Part shown: positions 29,556 through 38,725 of the stretch, piece after piece
Numbering within the stretch: the stretch's first letter is position 1
Layout: each line of letters starts with the position of its first letter
Notes under the pieces: model-generated
What the model was told of the DNA's origin: nothing
Databases searched by the model: none
What the model saw: only the letters and a program-made list of their open reading frames with translations
Program-made: the position numbers and the translations under genes
Source of the DNA: Candidatus Phoenicimicrobium oleiphilum
GTDB lineage: Bacteria > Atribacterota > Phoenicimicrobiia > Phoenicimicrobiales > Phoenicimicrobiaceae
NCBI GenBank assembly: GCA_039638295.1
Contig: JBDIWJ010000010.1
Location: 1-42,871, forward strand
Direction of reading: 5' to 3'
DNA: 42,871 nucleotides

Positions 29556-29594
29556 AAAAAATAACTCCCTTACTCTTATCAGTAAGGGAGTTAT
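29556..29594 (-). terminator. Intrinsic terminator
   Basis: ATAACTCCCTTACT/AGTAAGGGAGTTAT 14-bp stem plus T-run on the minus strand. Confidence 0.8.
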
Positions 29595-29639
29595 CTTCTA
29601 TTGATCAAATTTATCTAATTTATTTTGATAGTTAAGATT

Positions 29640-30275
29640 TTACTCGATTGATGCTGTAACTTTGATTTTCTGGGCAATCTCCATTAACTGATAAGGAAAA
29701 AATCTATATTCCCCCCTTAAATCATCTATGGTACTGCCTATATTATAGTCCTGATTAAGTTCAAATTCACTCTTAATTCCATCTAACAATTCACCAGCAT
29801 CTATCCCCCAAAGAGCAGCAATATCTGCAATGGTCATAGTCTTCATTTCCATTCCGCTTATATGAACCTGTAATCCAGAAATATCATTAGAAGAATTTCT
29901 TCCTATCCCTTTACCTTTAGTTTCACTGTCACAGGTCCCATCACATTCTTCATCACAATTATGTCGTATATAATCTGAATCTTGCCCGTTAGGGATACCG
30001 TCTATATCGTCATCAGGTGCACTTACTTTTCGATCCATTCCATTCCCCTGGCCTTCTACACAGCCTTCACACCCTTCACAATCCTGGTTTTGCATCTGGT
30101 TAGAAACCCCTTTGTTTTGCATTCCATATCCGGCGTTTTCAATATTTCCCTTGGAGTTCCCTCTCATTCCATATGTTCCATTACCGTCTGCCCAAACAAC
30201 GAGGGCAAAAACTCCTACTGCCAGTGCTATGACCAGTAGGGTTACTCCAACTTTTAAATTTCTTGAACTTTTCAT
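29640..30275 (-). CDS. Secreted/membrane-anchored Cys/Asp/Gly-rich hypothetical protein
   Basis: Signal peptide, GAGGAG RBS, CEGCEGC, DDDIDGIPNGQDSD, CDEECDGTC. Confidence 0.75.
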   Translation of the reverse strand: MKSSRNLKVGVTLLVIALAVGVFALVVWADGNGTYGMRGNSKGNIENAGYGMQNKGVSNQMQNQDCEGCEGCVEGQGNGMDRKVSAPDDDIDGIPNGQDSDYIRHNCDEECDGTCDSETKGKGIGRNSSNDISGLQVHISGMEMKTMTIADIAALWGIDAGELLDGIKSEFELNQDYNIGSTIDDLRGEYRFFPYQLMEIAQKIKVTASIE

Positions 30276-30325
30276 TCTATTCGTTCCTCCTCAAAATTTT
30301 GGTTTATTGACAATTTTTTTGTCAT

Positions 30326-30760
30326 TCACTTATTTATACGCAAAGAGGCGGAACTTTCTTTCAATATATCGATATCATTATCATTATTAAATAACAAATT
30401 TATACTCAATCTTTCATTTTTGCTGATATAATCTACTACTACCACACTACCTGATCGAGAGAAGAACTTTTTTATTTTTGACTTCTTTTCAGGAAAAGTA
30501 ATTTTTGTAATTTCATCCCAGGAAATACAAAAATTAAAATATGACTCTCCCAAATCCTCTTTCTTTGTTTGCCAGATAGATGATAGCCAGCTTTTTTTAG
30601 GAAAAGTTTGAAAATAAATTGCTTGTTTAGTGAAAAAGAATATGCCCCACAATGGTCCAGGAAAGTTTTTGTATCCACTCAGATATTCTGTCAAACATTT
30701 ATGTATTATTTTCTCTTTAATCTCTCTTTCTTTCTCTTCCCAAAACTTATCAATCTTCAT
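30326..30760 (-). CDS. Hypothetical protein
   Basis: 144-aa ORF co-oriented with neighbours, AAGGT RBS; no recognised family. Confidence 0.65.
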   Translation of the reverse strand: MKIDKFWEEKEREIKEKIIHKCLTEYLSGYKNFPGPLWGIFFFTKQAIYFQTFPKKSWLSSIWQTKKEDLGESYFNFCISWDEITKITFPEKKSKIKKFFSRSGSVVVVDYISKNERLSINLLFNNDNDIDILKESSASLRINK

Positions 30761-30928
30761 ATAATTACCTTTAAAATTATATAATTTTATATATATTTAA
30801 TTATCTTAAAAAGTTTTATTAATACAAACAATTATTATATGGTTATTTCCCAAAAAGCCAAAAGTATTTTCCCCAGGTTGTGTATGTGGTACGTTGCAGA
30901 TAATTTTATAACAAATTATGACTTTTTG

Positions 30929-31021
30929 GTTATAATTATGTTGTAGTGGCACAATAAATTGTGCCCTCACCCTATTATTGTTTAATTTCTCCTAGAGGGG
31001 CACGATGAATCGTGCCCCTAC
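30929..31021. repeat. GTAG-type REP doublet (REPIN-like), copy B
   Basis: GTAG-TGGCACAATAAATTGTGCCC ... GGGGCACGATGAATCGTGCCC-CTAC. Confidence 0.8.
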
Positions 31022-31063
31022 CTTACCATCTTGTTTGCTCTTTAGGGTATAATTATTTTATAA

Positions 31064-31534
31064 TTAAGAATTTTTTTTGTTATTCCAGGCTTTCTCTATC
31101 CTATTATAATGTTCTCTGGTAGCAGTGGCCAGATCAAGTAAAACCTGTTTTATTTCCCGACAATCAGGTTCAAAGACTTCGAAAAACTTCTTCTCTATTA
31201 ATCCACTTTCCAGATCCCGAGCCACTGATAAAGCATTTTTAATGGACATTTTCTCATTTTGCGCTTTGGTTATTTGTTTTTTTATATATTCGACAGATGT
31301 TTTTATCGCTTCTGTTTTAAATCTCCTTTCTTTAAAATATAATGACTCTTCTTTTATTTTAGATTTAAGCTCATATATCCAATCCGAATGTTCTATTTCC
31401 TCGCCTGCTATTTTTAACCAAAAATCTTTCTGCTCCGGAAATTTCCGGGCATATTCTTTATATAGGCAACTAATTATTTTCTCGTGTTCTGCCAACAGTT
31501 CTATTGTTTCTATCTGTTTCTCTTTTAAAGCCAC
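31064..31534 (-). CDS. Ferritin-like/rubrerythrin-family four-helix protein
   Basis: EHE..LY, EEIEH, DLE and TREH pattern; GTG start after GGAGGA. Confidence 0.8.
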   Translation of the reverse strand: MALKEKQIETIELLAEHEKIISCLYKEYARKFPEQKDFWLKIAGEEIEHSDWIYELKSKIKEESLYFKERRFKTEAIKTSVEYIKKQITKAQNEKMSIKNALSVARDLESGLIEKKFFEVFEPDCREIKQVLLDLATATREHYNRIEKAWNNKKNS

Positions 31535-31661
31535 AAACTATTCCTCCTAAACATTTTATCTATAAACCATGGCTATCTCAGTTAACTCTTCTTAAAATAT
31601 TTGTGCTTCTTTTTTATAAATACCCTTCTAAGGAAATTGGTAGCTTCTATCTCTGCATTTA

Positions 31662-32561
31662 CTAATTCAATTTGGATCCATCAAAAAGATCATCAGAAAG
31701 ACCAGTATTTATTTTTATATCAATAGTTTCGATGGTAAAAGACCCCATTTCCGACATCATTGCCTGCATCATTTTCGTTGCTTGTTCTTGTTCCTTCTTT
31801 TCTTCTTCGCTTAAGCCGGTAGTATCTATTTCCATTGTCATACTCGTAACCAACTGATAGGGATGAAGCATGGTACCCACCTGCCGATAGTCTTTTAAAT
31901 CTGTAGTCATTTTTATATCCATAGCAATTTCACCTGTCGGACCCTCTGATTTTCCTTTCATTACCATTAGCATCCGAACAGGCATCCATGTCTTACTGCT
32001 AATCCATAACTTTCCCCAAGATTCAGCAGATTCTTCCGATTGTCCCCCTTGTAAAAACATAGCTTGTTGGGTTCCCATTACTTGAAGAGCGTTATCAATC
32101 TGTAAGATATAAGTTTTCTCTCCATCAATTTCTTCTTCTCCCAAATACCTGCTTTTGGCAAGATCTATGTTTTTCCACATTTGTCCAGGATTATATTCAG
32201 ATATTTTTTTCTCAATCTGCCCGGTCATCGGGTTTTTTGACCAACTATAATTTCCATCATAAATCAAAACCATAGTCATCCCCATTACTTCTGACTCAAT
32301 TCGAGTTTTATAGATGATTTCTCCCTTAATTTCTGATTTCTTATAATAAGTAGTAGTCTCTCCAGTTAAGGCAGTTACCCCTCCAGTGCTCTTTTGAATT
32401 ACAGTATAATCATTAATCCCTTTCATCTGCTTTTCATAGTTGTTTTGCATATTATTGATCACTTCTTGTACGCTCATCCCAGCTACATAAGTACTACTAA
32501 GGGATAATATTAAGGATATTATTAAAATCCTTGTTAACGTTTTCCTATATAATCTTAACAT
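31662..32561 (-). CDS. Secreted LolA-like/DUF4412-like protein
   Basis: Signal peptide, IYDGNYSW, YLGEEEIDGEKTY, KLWIS, NTGLSDDLF. Confidence 0.65.
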   Translation of the reverse strand: MLRLYRKTLTRILIISLILSLSSTYVAGMSVQEVINNMQNNYEKQMKGINDYTVIQKSTGGVTALTGETTTYYKKSEIKGEIIYKTRIESEVMGMTMVLIYDGNYSWSKNPMTGQIEKKISEYNPGQMWKNIDLAKSRYLGEEEIDGEKTYILQIDNALQVMGTQQAMFLQGGQSEESAESWGKLWISSKTWMPVRMLMVMKGKSEGPTGEIAMDIKMTTDLKDYRQVGTMLHPYQLVTSMTMEIDTTGLSEEEKKEQEQATKMMQAMMSEMGSFTIETIDIKINTGLSDDLFDGSKLN

Positions 32562-32645
32562 TTGATTCCTCCTTATATTTTTTATTAAAACTATAAATTC
32601 CCCTTAAACTAAACATAAATTTAATTGTGCCATCATTTCTCTATA

Positions 32646-32765
32646 CAATCCTTCTACTTACATATCTCTAGGATTCTCAATAGTAAGGGTATAAAATATT
32701 TCCTGCTTTTGCTAGTATTCTACCTCTAATTCCCATAGCCAGGTACCTTTTTGGTCTTCCCAGTC
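32646..32765 (-). pseudogene. Remnant resembling the C-terminus of a DUF4139/MuiA-family protein
   Basis: Translates as DWEDQKGTWLWELEVEY*QKQEIFYTLTIENPRDM*VEGL, with two in-frame stops. Confidence 0.5.
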
Positions 32766-32772
32766 TTATATT

Positions 32773-33207
32773 TTATTTTTTCCTCCCGTATAAACCAACT
32801 AACTCTGCTGTAGCTAATATATGCCCCTCCATAGCTTCTTCTAATTCCTTCTTTTTACAACCCTCTTCCAAATGTAACTTTTCATCAAGGGCATATAATT
32901 TAAAGAAATAGCGGTGAGTACCAGAGGGTGGGCACGGTCCTCCATATTCCAGTTTTCTAAAATCATTGGTACCTTGTGTTCCGGGAACCGAATCTTCCTC
33001 GATGATATCGGTAACATGGATATTAAAGACTATCCAATGTACCCAGGTTCCCATAGGGGCATCAGGGTCCTCAACGATCAAGGCTAATCTCTTGGTCCCT
33101 TCCGGTATATCTTCAATGATTAAGCCAGGATTAATGTCTTCACCATCACAGGTAAATTTTTCTGGAATAAATCCATTATTTTCAAATTCAGGACTTTCTA
33201 ATTTCAT
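32773..33207 (-). CDS. YbhB/YbcL (PEBP/Raf kinase inhibitor-like) protein
   Basis: DPDAP, WVHW, YGGPCPPSGTHRYFFKLYALD. Confidence 0.95.
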   Translation of the reverse strand: MKLESPEFENNGFIPEKFTCDGEDINPGLIIEDIPEGTKRLALIVEDPDAPMGTWVHWIVFNIHVTDIIEEDSVPGTQGTNDFRKLEYGGPCPPSGTHRYFFKLYALDEKLHLEEGCKKKELEEAMEGHILATAELVGLYGRKK

Positions 33208-33227
33208 AACTTTAACCTCCTTTTTTG

Positions 33228-33268
33228 TGACAGGGGACAGTTCTCTGTCATTTCTCCTGTCATTTTTT
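33228..33268. repeat. AGAACC(G/A)TCC-type palindromic repeat, copy 4
   Basis: Minus strand AAAAAATGACAGGAGAAATGACAGAGAACTGTCCCCTGTCA; overlaps the PfkB stop codon. Confidence 0.65.
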
Positions 33269-34168
33269 TATTTTATATTTTAAATTTTCTATCTCTTTTC
33301 CCAGCCATTTGGGATATTTGGGTACTGCGCCGGATTGGGAAACTACAAAATTACCTATTATTTCCGCGAACTCCGCCGCCTCATATATGCTGGTCCCACA
33401 TAAATAAGAAAACAGAAAACCTGCACTATAGCTATCTCCACCTCCTACGGTATCGGCTACGGGTCCATTTATACCTGCTACCTTTTCCAACTTACTATTA
33501 TGATAAACAGATGAGCCATTCTTTCCATGAGTAATACAGACAATGGAAAGGTCATACTCCTGCCAAATACGCTGAATAAAGTTTTCTTGTTTTAATATCT
33601 CACCAAAGAGGAGCTCAGACACAACAAGAGCCTCTCTGTCATTCAGTTTTACTATTGAGCTCTGACATAAGGATTTTTCAATCCATTCCTTTTTATAATA
33701 ATTCTGCCGTAAATTTACATCGTAAAATATATGATGGGGATGTGCCCAGGAGATAATTTGACTGAGTAGTTCTCGATTTTCTTTTGTTCGTTGGGCAAGG
33801 GTCCCAAAACATAATATATCCCATTTGGTTTTCGTTAAGTTACCTATTAAATCTTGATCTAAAACAATATTATCCCAGGCAACATCTTCTTTTATTAGAT
33901 AAGTAGGATGATCTCTTTCATCCAGATTTACCTCTACAATCCCGGTGGGTAAATTGGGATGGACCGTGATAAAGGAAGAATTAATACCTCTTTTTTTTGC
34001 TTCTTTTAGGGCTTTTCTGCCCAGGGCATCTTTGCCCACAGAAGAAACGAGTGTTGATTCAAGTCCCATTTTTGCCAGATGAGCAGCAAGATTAAAAGGG
34101 GCACCACCAATATAAGGTTTACCATTTATGATATCCCAGAGAATTTCACCAAACAAAAGAGCCTTCAC
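33260..34168 (-). CDS. PfkB-family carbohydrate kinase (fructokinase-like)
   Basis: GEILWD, GGAPFN, DVNLR, KLNDRE, DTVGGGDSY. Confidence 0.93.
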   Translation of the reverse strand: MKALLFGEILWDIINGKPYIGGAPFNLAAHLAKMGLESTLVSSVGKDALGRKALKEAKKRGINSSFITVHPNLPTGIVEVNLDERDHPTYLIKEDVAWDNIVLDQDLIGNLTKTKWDILCFGTLAQRTKENRELLSQIISWAHPHHIFYDVNLRQNYYKKEWIEKSLCQSSIVKLNDREALVVSELLFGEILKQENFIQRIWQEYDLSIVCITHGKNGSSVYHNSKLEKVAGINGPVADTVGGGDSYSAGFLFSYLCGTSIYEAAEFAEIIGNFVVSQSGAVPKYPKWLGKEIENLKYKIKK

Positions 34169-34309
34169 TTTTTTACCTACCTTTATTTAAGTTTAAATTC
34201 AGGTGTATATTACTTTATATATATGATTAATTCTACAAATTTTTCAAAAATCCTCTTTTTTTATCAAAAATAAACAAAAATTTTTTTATTAAAACACTTT
34301 GTTGTAATC

Positions 34310-34602
34310 CGTTAGTGAATGGTAATTCGTATCGCTTATTATGTATCGAGTATCGCGTTACAGAAACTAAGATTCACATTACTTATTTCGGGTAGACACA
34401 AGGTCTGCCCCTACTTGTACCTCACGATCTTATCTTTATTCTTCTTTCTCCTTTTTCTTCATTATGTACTTATATACTGTTTCATTCTTTGTATTTTCTT
34501 CAACTGGTAAACTGGGTAACTGGGTAACTGGCAAACTAAACTAAATTGTAACCTTCTTTATCTTTTCTTCACTAACTACTAAATAGCAACGACTAACGAC
34601 TA
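34310..34602. repeat. Nested repeat patch: heptamer arms, GTAG REP and octamer array
   Basis: TAGTGAA/CGTATCG heptamers (about 34310-34362), REP GTAGGGGCAGAC..GTCTACCC on minus (34390-34414), AACTGGNN octamers (34501-34540), reverse heptamers ACGACTA (34568-34602). Confidence 0.75.
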
Positions 34603-34669
34603 ATTTGGCTTGCTAAAAAAACAAAAAGGAATATAATTAAAAAAGATTTTGATTAAGGAGGGTATAGTC

Positions 34670-35110
34670 TTGAAAATAAAAGAAGTTATGATACCAGACC
34701 TAACTTCCGTATCTGCCGATACACCGGTAAAAGAGGTAGTTAAGATTATGAGCCGACAACGTATGGCGGGGTTACCGGTTGTTGATAATGAACAGAATGT
34801 TATCGGAATAATTACGGAAAGCGACATTACTAAAGCCTGTTTACCAGGATATTACAAAGAATTACGAAATCCGTCTTTTATTCCTGATTTCGATCAATTC
34901 TCCAAACAAGCTAAAAAGATTGCCCATCTACCAGTAAAAGAATTTATGACTACTACAGTCTATTCGGTAGAAGAGGATACCAGTAGGACCGAGGCAGCCG
35001 ATTTGTTGTTTAGAAAACATCTGAGAATAGTCCCTGTGGTAAGGGCGGGGAAATTAGTGGGGATATTGACACCTTCCTGCTTATGTAAAAATGTTATGGA
35101 AGAAGATTAG
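34670..35110 (+). CDS. CBS-domain pair protein
   Basis: GLPVVD..GIITESD and VPVV..GKLVGILT; TTG start after AAGGAGG. Confidence 0.9.
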   Translation: MKIKEVMIPDLTSVSADTPVKEVVKIMSRQRMAGLPVVDNEQNVIGIITESDITKACLPGYYKELRNPSFIPDFDQFSKQAKKIAHLPVKEFMTTTVYSVEEDTSRTEAADLLFRKHLRIVPVVRAGKLVGILTPSCLCKNVMEED

Positions 35111-35136
35111 ATGAGGATAAGAAAGGGATATAATTA

Positions 35137-36411
35137 ATGAATCAAACGTTTATAGCCTTAATAATATTTATTACTACTCTTATATTTGTAAGCCTGGAAA
35201 AAATTAATCGCACAGTGATTGCTTTAGCTGGAGCTCTTCTTCTTATAATATTAAAAATACTTAATCAACATGAGGCTTTTTCAGCTATAGATTTTAACAC
35301 TATTGGCCTGTTGACCGGAATGATGGTTATGATCTCTATAATCAAAAGAACTGGCTTATTCCAATATCTGGCAATAAAAATTTCTAAACTGTCCCGAGGA
35401 AATGTTTTTTCTCTCTTGTTTTTTCTGAGTATTATCACCGGTATCCTGTCTTCGGTTTTAGATAATGTCACTACTATAATACTAATTGTCCCCATAACTC
35501 TGGCTATCTGTGAAAACTTAGAAATATCTCCTGCCCCTATGGTGCTTTCAGAAATATTTGCTTCTAATATAGGCGGAACAGCAACTCTTATCGGAGACCC
35601 TCCAAATATAATTATCGGGAGTGCTGCTCATCTATCTTTTATGGATTTTATTATAAATCTTGCTCCTTTCGCCCTGATTCTCTTAATTATCTTGCCTTTT
35701 TTTATCAGTCTATTTTACAAAAAAGAGATGACCCAAAACATTGAAGAGGGTTGGGCAAAAGTGGAAAAGTTTGATGAAAAGAAGGCTATTGAAGATCCCT
35801 TATTATTAAAAAAATCTCTAATCGTCTTTTTCTTAACCATATTTGTCTTTGTCTTTCACCATAATTTAGGCTTGGAAGCGGCAACAGTTGCTTTAGCAGG
35901 AGCAACTCTTTTACTTTTGGTCAGCAATATAGACCCAGCGGAAACTTTTTTAGAAGTAGAGTGGTCTACTCTCTTCTTTTTTATCGGGTTATTCATTGTG
36001 GTAGCAGGGGTAGAAAAAGTGGGAGCTATTCAATGGCTGAGTAACAAGATTATTACCTTAACCAGAGGAAACCTCACCCTTATTACTATGGCAGTTTTAT
36101 GGGGTTCAGGAATTTCCTGTTCTTTCATTAATAATATCTCCTACACCATCTCTATGGTCCCGGTAATTCATACTATAGGGAAAGTAACTGCCTTTAACCT
36201 TAGCCCTATCTGGTGGGCTTTATCTTTGGGTGCTTGCCTGGGAGGAAACGGAACCTTTATTGCAGCAGCTGCTAACCTGGTAGGAGTAAACATATTAAAA
36301 AGACAGGGTTGGGTAGTAACCTTCAAAGATTTTTTTAGAATCGGTTTTCCAATTATGTTAATATCTATTATTCTTTCTTCAGTCTATCTTTTCTTAAGGT
36401 ATTTATTATAA
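35137..36411 (+). CDS. ArsB/NhaD (ion transporter superfamily) permease
   Basis: LDNVTT, ASNIGGTATLIGDPPNI, GACLGGNGT. Confidence 0.9.
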   Translation: MNQTFIALIIFITTLIFVSLEKINRTVIALAGALLLIILKILNQHEAFSAIDFNTIGLLTGMMVMISIIKRTGLFQYLAIKISKLSRGNVFSLLFFLSIITGILSSVLDNVTTIILIVPITLAICENLEISPAPMVLSEIFASNIGGTATLIGDPPNIIIGSAAHLSFMDFIINLAPFALILLIILPFFISLFYKKEMTQNIEEGWAKVEKFDEKKAIEDPLLLKKSLIVFFLTIFVFVFHHNLGLEAATVALAGATLLLLVSNIDPAETFLEVEWSTLFFFIGLFIVVAGVEKVGAIQWLSNKIITLTRGNLTLITMAVLWGSGISCSFINNISYTISMVPVIHTIGKVTAFNLSPIWWALSLGACLGGNGTFIAAAANLVGVNILKRQGWVVTFKDFFRIGFPIMLISIILSSVYLFLRYLL

Positions 36412-36498
36412 AAATAAAAAGGGGTAACAGAAAATCGGCCTCATTTTTTCACTTTAACTCAATTTATTTCTTTTGTGGTGTGAGGGGAAATATCTCCT

Positions 36499-36521
36499 TA
36501 TATTTTAAGACTTAAAATATA
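36499..36521. other. AT-rich perfect palindrome between convergent genes
   Basis: TATATTTTAAG-A-CTTAAAATATA. Confidence 0.5.
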
Positions 36522-36611
36522 GATATCAAGAAAATCTGAGAAATCATTGTTAGTTGATATATCACTCATTATATGTTTTTCCTATGTGGCCGCTATAAAC
36601 ATTACACATTG

Positions 36612-37499
36612 TTATCCTTTGATACCACTAGATGCTACCGAACGTATAAACCATTTTTGAAATAACAAGAAGATAACTAGTGAAGGAATGGTGATCATTG
36701 AAGCAAAAGCAAAAATGTCTCCCCATACTTTTGGATCCTGGCTAAAGAATTGCTGAATTGCTACAGGTAATGGTCGATATTCATAACCACGGGTTACCAT
36801 AAGTGGCCAGAGAAAATCACCCCATCGAACAAGAAATTGTAAAATTGCAACCGTGGCAAAAGCTGGCTTTGATAAAGGAACGATAATTTTCCAATAAATT
36901 TTAAAAGGACTGGCTCCATCTATTTTTGCTGCTTCGTCCAGACTTTTAGGTAAACCAACAAAAAATTGATAAAAAAGAAAAATAGAAAAAGCATCAACAA
37001 TAAAAGGTACAATTTGAACCTGATAACTATCTAACCAGCCAATTCGATTTACCATCAATAATAAGGGTATAACCACTGCTTCAGTAGGGATGATCATTAG
37101 AGCAATAATAAAAGAAAGTATAAGCCCCCTACCTTTAAAACGTAGCCGAGCAAGCGCATAAGCAATCATACTATTCAATAAAAGTCCAGCAAGCACTGTG
37201 CTACCTACAATAAAAACTGAGTTAAACATAAAACGTCCAAAAGGCATTTGTTTAAATACGTCGAAGTAGTTTTTAAGTCCTAATTCTCCATAAGGAATAA
37301 AGGCTGATATACTGCTCATATCTCTTATAATCTGAGTCTCATTGTTTTTAATAGAACTCATGAACATAAAAACTACAGGAAATAAGAAAAATAAAGCAAT
37401 TATAATTAATAATAAATAATTAAGTGTTTTAGAAATAGTTTTATGAAATTTAAATGAAAATCTTTGAGAATTTTTAACTGCTGCATCAACACCTGTCAC
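36612..37499 (-). CDS. Carbohydrate ABC transporter permease (MalG-like)
   Basis: AYALARLRF, LDEAAKIDGA, WGDFLWPL. Confidence 0.93.
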   Translation of the reverse strand: MTGVDAAVKNSQRFSFKFHKTISKTLNYLLLIIIALFFLFPVVFMFMSSIKNNETQIIRDMSSISAFIPYGELGLKNYFDVFKQMPFGRFMFNSVFIVGSTVLAGLLLNSMIAYALARLRFKGRGLILSFIIALMIIPTEAVVIPLLLMVNRIGWLDSYQVQIVPFIVDAFSIFLFYQFFVGLPKSLDEAAKIDGASPFKIYWKIIVPLSKPAFATVAILQFLVRWGDFLWPLMVTRGYEYRPLPVAIQQFFSQDPKVWGDIFAFASMITIPSLVIFLLFQKWFIRSVASSGIKG

Positions 37500-37500
37500 C

Positions 37501-38448
37501 TTATATCACCGCCCTTTCTTCTTTTAAATAAATCCTTTGTATTAATGATACAGCCAGCACAATTAGAAAAAACATTACTCCAATACCTGAAGCATAACCA
37601 ACGCGAAGCATTTTAAAACCTTCCTCATATAAAAGCACAATAATAGTTTTGGCGGCTCCCTGGGGACCTCCCTTAGTCATAACCCAAACTTGGGTAAATA
37701 ACTTGAACGCCAAAATAGTAGTAGAAATAATTACAAAAATTGTGGTGTTACGTAATTGGGGAATAGTTATATACCTAAACTGTTGCCAGACATTAGCTCC
37801 ATCAACTCGTCCTGCTTCGTATAATTCATCAGGAATGCTCTGCAGACCAGCCAAATAAATTACCATTTGGAAACCTACTCCCTGCCAGATAGATAGCACC
37901 ATAATAGCCGGAAGAGCTAAGGAAGTGTCGTTTAGCCAATTATAGGGTCCTAATTTTCCAAAACTAATGAAACTTATCATCTGGTTAATCAAGCCTTCTC
38001 CAGGATTGTACAAAAAATACCAAATAATAGACACCACCACCATAGTAGTAACTACCGGACTAAAATAAATAGTACGAAACAGATTGATAAAGCGAAGTTT
38101 TTGATTAACTAAAACGGCTAACAAAAGAGCAAGAAAAGTTTGTAAAGGGACTACAACAACTGCGAAAACAAAAGTATTAAGTAATGCTTGACGAAAGCTT
38201 GTGCTACTAAATAATCTTAAAAAGTTTCGAAGGGCAATAAATTGGGTAGGTAAATTAGGATTGGGTATTAATCTTTGGTCTGTAAAGGATATTATAAAGG
38301 CTATAATAAAAGGGGTTACCAGAAAAAGAAGTAAAAAAAATAAGGGGAGAGCGCAAAAAGACCAGGCAGCAAATGTTTCTCTTTTTTGTAATGAACTTCC
38401 ATTCTTTTTAAGTGATTTTGTATTTGAAATGGCAGATTCGCTTATCAT
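37501..38448 (-). CDS. Carbohydrate ABC transporter permease (MalF-like)
   Basis: LAGLQSIPDELYEAGRVDGA, MTKGGP, GYASG. Confidence 0.93.
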   Translation of the reverse strand: MISESAISNTKSLKKNGSSLQKRETFAAWSFCALPLFFLLLFLVTPFIIAFIISFTDQRLIPNPNLPTQFIALRNFLRLFSSTSFRQALLNTFVFAVVVVPLQTFLALLLAVLVNQKLRFINLFRTIYFSPVVTTMVVVSIIWYFLYNPGEGLINQMISFISFGKLGPYNWLNDTSLALPAIMVLSIWQGVGFQMVIYLAGLQSIPDELYEAGRVDGANVWQQFRYITIPQLRNTTIFVIISTTILAFKLFTQVWVMTKGGPQGAAKTIIVLLYEEGFKMLRVGYASGIGVMFFLIVLAVSLIQRIYLKEERAVI

Positions 38449-38685
38449 TATTTATATAACCTTTTTTTCATTTTTTACTTTTTTCATTTAATTATAATCT
38501 ATTATCCTAATTTTCTTAAAATCCTTATAAATTATATTTTAAGTTATATTTGTATTTTCTTTTATATTATCACCTTAAGGTAGCAAAAAGAGTAAATTGA
38601 TTGACAGATTTGTTTAACTTTCATATAAACAAATAAACAAACAAATAAGTAGGATTTATATGTAAATTTAGAAGTCTAAAGGTTC

Positions 38686-38725
38686 TGTGCCTGCACTTTT
38701 CAATTAATTAAAAAGTGCAGGCACA
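38686..38725 (-). terminator. Strong hairpin after the sugar-binding-protein gene (attenuator/stabiliser)
   Basis: 15-bp perfect stem TGTGCCTGCACTTTT/AAAAGTGCAGGCACA; weak U-tract. Confidence 0.65.

Noticed and set aside
31125..31550. 141-aa plus-strand ORF and other short antisense ORFs (e.g. 8559-8879, 25513-25824, 32966-33283)
   Set aside because: They are shadows of well-supported opposite-strand genes, with no motifs.
31545..31661. Possible gene remnant between the LolA-like and ferritin-like genes
   Set aside because: It looks coding-like, but no family is recognisable and the frames are short.
34319..34510. 63-aa hydrophobic ORF
   Set aside because: It is built from repeat units and a T-rich tract, with no RBS.
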